Shown here: one piece after another, positions 61,767-64,000 of the stretch | Numbering within the stretch: position 1 is the first letter of the stretch | Layout of the letters: every line of letters starts with the position of its first letter | Assembly: GCA_964404195.1 (NCBI GenBank) | Contig: CAYOJC010000010.1 | Location: 6,514-70,513 of the forward strand | Origin: an uncultured Syntrophobacteraceae bacterium | Lineage (GTDB): Bacteria; Desulfobacterota; Binatia; UBA9968 | Direction of reading: 5' to 3' | DNA length: 64,000 nt | Translations under genes and position numbers: made by a program | Notes under the pieces: generated by a model | Database searches by the model: none | The model's input: only the letters and a program-made list of their open reading frames with translations | What the model was told of the DNA's origin: nothing

Positions 61767-62264
61767 GCTCGTTCGACCCCCACGTTTTTCTTCTCGGATG
61801 CGGCTGAAGAATTCACTTAAAATGCGGCTGCACTCGTTCTCCATGACGCCGCGCGTCACAGGCAAAGTGTGATTCAGCCGGGAATCGTCGCAGAGGCGAT
61901 ACAGAGATTCCACGGCGCCGGCTTTGGGATCTAGACAGCCGAAGATCAATCGCGAAATGCGCGCCTGCAAGATCGCGCCGACGCACATGAGGCACGGCTC
62001 GAGCGTCACATAGAGAGAGCATTCTTCCAGCCGCCAGCTTTTCAGATGCGACGCCGCAGCTTGCAGCGCCAACACCTCCGCGTGCGCCATGGGATTTTGC
62101 AACTCTTCACGCCGGTTGTGAGCCCGCGCGATCACTTCGCCGTCGTAAACCACGACGGCGCCGACCGGAATCTCTCCGGCATCGGCCGCCTCACCCGCCT
62201 CACGGAGAGCCATCTCCATATAAAAGCGATCGCGATCGTCATCGTTCACTGTAAATTTGTCCAT
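61743..62264 (-). CDS. tadA: tRNA adenosine(34) deaminase
   Basis: EIPVGAV, AHAE, TLEPCLMC, RLNH; the stop lies inside tRNA-Ser(CGA). Confidence 0.96.
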   Translation of the reverse strand: MDKFTVNDDDRDRFYMEMALREAGEAADAGEIPVGAVVVYDGEVIARAHNRREELQNPMAHAEVLALQAAASHLKSWRLEECSLYVTLEPCLMCVGAILQARISRLIFGCLDPKAGAVESLYRLCDDSRLNHTLPVTRGVMENECSRILSEFFSRIREEKRGGRTSGEVAEPG

Positions 62265-62353
62265 GAGATTTTTCGACCATAACACAAAACCGGCGCCAAT
62301 GAAATTGACGGGCGTTTGAGCATGAGCGACGCCAGAGACCAAGACCTTGAGAG

Positions 62354-62442
62354 AGATTCTTCGCTACGCTCAGAATGACATTCAAGAGGCCCGTCATCCT
62401 GAACCCTTCGATTAGACTCAGGGCAGGCTCCGTGAAGGATCT
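62354..62442. repeat. REP-like inverted pair (GATTCTTCGCT..GCTCAGAATGAC / GTCATCCTGA..GAAGGATCT)
   Basis: two related ~27-bp units in opposite orientation, the second carrying an internal insertion. Confidence 0.65.
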
Positions 62443-62508
62443 ACCCAATGCGAGACCCGCCGAACCTTGACTCTCCGCTATGATTCTTTTAATTTGAGTA
62501 CTTGCAAT

Positions 62509-62584
62509 TGAGGAGTCGGCTAATTGGTAAGCCACCTGACTCTGGATCAGGCGATTGTAGGTTCGAGTCCTACCTCCTCAGCCA
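62509..62584 (+). tRNA. tRNA-Gln(CTG)
   Basis: TGAGGAG acceptor, anticodon loop CT-CTG-GA, GTTCGAGTC, CCA. Confidence 0.97.
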
Positions 62585-62585
62585 T

Positions 62586-62660
62586 GGTCCCATCGTCTAG
62601 CGGTTAGGACACCGGCCTCTCACGTCGGTAACACGGGTTCGATTCCCGTTGGGACCACCA
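62586..62660 (+). tRNA. tRNA-Glu(CTC)
   Basis: GGTCCCA acceptor, anticodon loop CT-CTC-AC, GTTCGATTC, CCA; 1 nt after tRNA-Gln. Confidence 0.97.
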
Positions 62661-62734
62661 TTCGACTCGCTTCGCTCGCTCATGGCAGGCCCTCTCGACT
62701 CGCAGGAAAACCTTCGCTCGCTCGCGGCAAGCCC

Positions 62735-63025
62735 CTACCACCTCAGTATCGTCACCGGATTCAGCGGTTTGTATTCCTGACGCTGGTTGGACGCCAGTTG
62801 CGACACCGGGTTGTCCGGTAGCGGTTCATCGCTCCGAGCGGCCGCCGTGAGGTCGCTGATGTAATCCTCGAAGCTGAAGCGCCGGCCATCCGAACGACTG
62901 TCGCGCCGGAACTCCAGCCTCTCTCTTTGCTCTAACGTTTCCCGCTCCTGTTCGTTGCCCTGCGCGATCGATGGCACAGACAATGACAAGATCAAAAATG
63001 CCAGAACGTTAGCCCGTAATTTCAT
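62735..63025 (-). CDS. hypothetical exported protein
   Basis: signal peptide, RBS AGGAG, C-terminal Trp. Confidence 0.65.
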   Translation of the reverse strand: MKLRANVLAFLILSLSVPSIAQGNEQERETLEQRERLEFRRDSRSDGRRFSFEDYISDLTAAARSDEPLPDNPVSQLASNQRQEYKPLNPVTILRW

Positions 63026-63239
63026 AAAAAGTCTCCTATCCCTGTAACAGCAACCCCCATGCCAGCCGGTAATGCACGCTTTTTTTCGCCTTTGCCGGAA
63101 AAGACCGCGTAATTTTTTCCCCGGAGGCGCCGAATCAAGGAATTTTTACTCGTTGTTAAATCTAAAATTGTCTGCAAAAATTCGCGCGGGAAACTTGAAA
63201 TAGCCGATATTAGAGCTACGATGATAGCAGGGGAAAAAT

Positions 63240-63956
63240 ATGTTCCGTGACAAAGTCGAGAAAAAAGATATCGTCAAAATGGATCCGGAGTTCCGCGACC
63301 TTTTAGGACGAGTGCTGACGATCCAGGCGGATTGCGAGATCGGCGGGCCCCACCTCTATGTAAAGGACATTTTGCCTTCCGCGCCCAGCAAGACCGACCA
63401 GTTGATCGTGGCGCGCACGGCGGCGGAAGAGCTGGATCATTTCCGCAAGATTGCCCGCGTCGCCGGAGAGATCGGCGTCGACGTTTCTCACGTGCTCAGT
63501 TGGCCCAATCATAAGCGCTACCTGGACGCGTTCCGAGGGAGTATCGAGACGTGGGAGGATTTCGCCGTATTCGGCTTTTTGATCGACCGCGTCGGCCGCT
63601 ACCAATTGGAAGAGTTCTTCGGCTGCACCTATCACCCACTGGAGAACATTTTGCCGCAAGTCTTAAAGGAAGAGATCGGGCACGTCGGCTACGGTGAGAG
63701 CAAAACGGCGGAGCTGGCCGCCAAGGGAGAAGAATCGCGAGAGAAGGTGCAGGGATCTCTGGACTTCTGGTACATCAAGGCGCTGGACATGTTCGGACGG
63801 TCGGATTCCACACGCGATCAACGCTACATCTACTGGGGCCTGAAGCGCCGGACCAATGCGCAGGCAAGAGAGGAATTCATCCGCGAGGTCGATCCTCTGA
63901 TCCTAAAGCTCGATCTGAAGGTTCCCGATCCACTGAAGGGCCGGCAATATTTATAA
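63240..63956 (+). CDS. PaaA/PaaC-like ferritin-like di-iron protein (phenylacetyl-CoA epoxidase family)
   Basis: QADCE, EELDH, DRVG, EEIGHV, W...ALDMFG. Confidence 0.85.
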   Translation: MFRDKVEKKDIVKMDPEFRDLLGRVLTIQADCEIGGPHLYVKDILPSAPSKTDQLIVARTAAEELDHFRKIARVAGEIGVDVSHVLSWPNHKRYLDAFRGSIETWEDFAVFGFLIDRVGRYQLEEFFGCTYHPLENILPQVLKEEIGHVGYGESKTAELAAKGEESREKVQGSLDFWYIKALDMFGRSDSTRDQRYIYWGLKRRTNAQAREEFIREVDPLILKLDLKVPDPLKGRQYL

Positions 63957-64000
63957 GTCTCGGAACGTCAAAGGCCCGGCCAAGGTTGTGCCGAATCTCA

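Overview
High-GC bacterial chromosome segment. The many orphan SsuA/NMT1-type substrate-binding proteins and the gene style suggest a Binatota-like (former Deltaproteobacteria) genome; this is an inference. Core content: uvrC, uvrB, pstSCAB-phoU-phoBR, arsC-acr3-arsR/arsI, recR-ybaB-dnaX-ffs, an APC (KimA-like) transporter plus kdp(G)FABC-x-DE, tadA and four tRNAs. A dispersed selenoneine/ergothioneine neighbourhood is present (egtD with a divergent betaine-type ABC importer, senA, senB, and a nearby GH84 and FGE-domain protein). Two accessory patches hold the most unusual signals. (1) 10.4-14.3 kb: an integrase-less cluster of three attC sites arranged in modules, each ending in a copy of the 3' end of one small gene, and interrupted by a decayed Y1 (HUH) transposase bounded by 24-bp inverted repeats with stuttered flanks. 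(2) 23.1-25.0 kb: two copies of an unannotated ~85-nt transcription unit (conserved -35/-10 with divergent spacer, near-invariant core, terminator with anti-terminator complementarity), next to TA genes and gene remnants. All calls come from reading the sequence by eye; no database searches were run.
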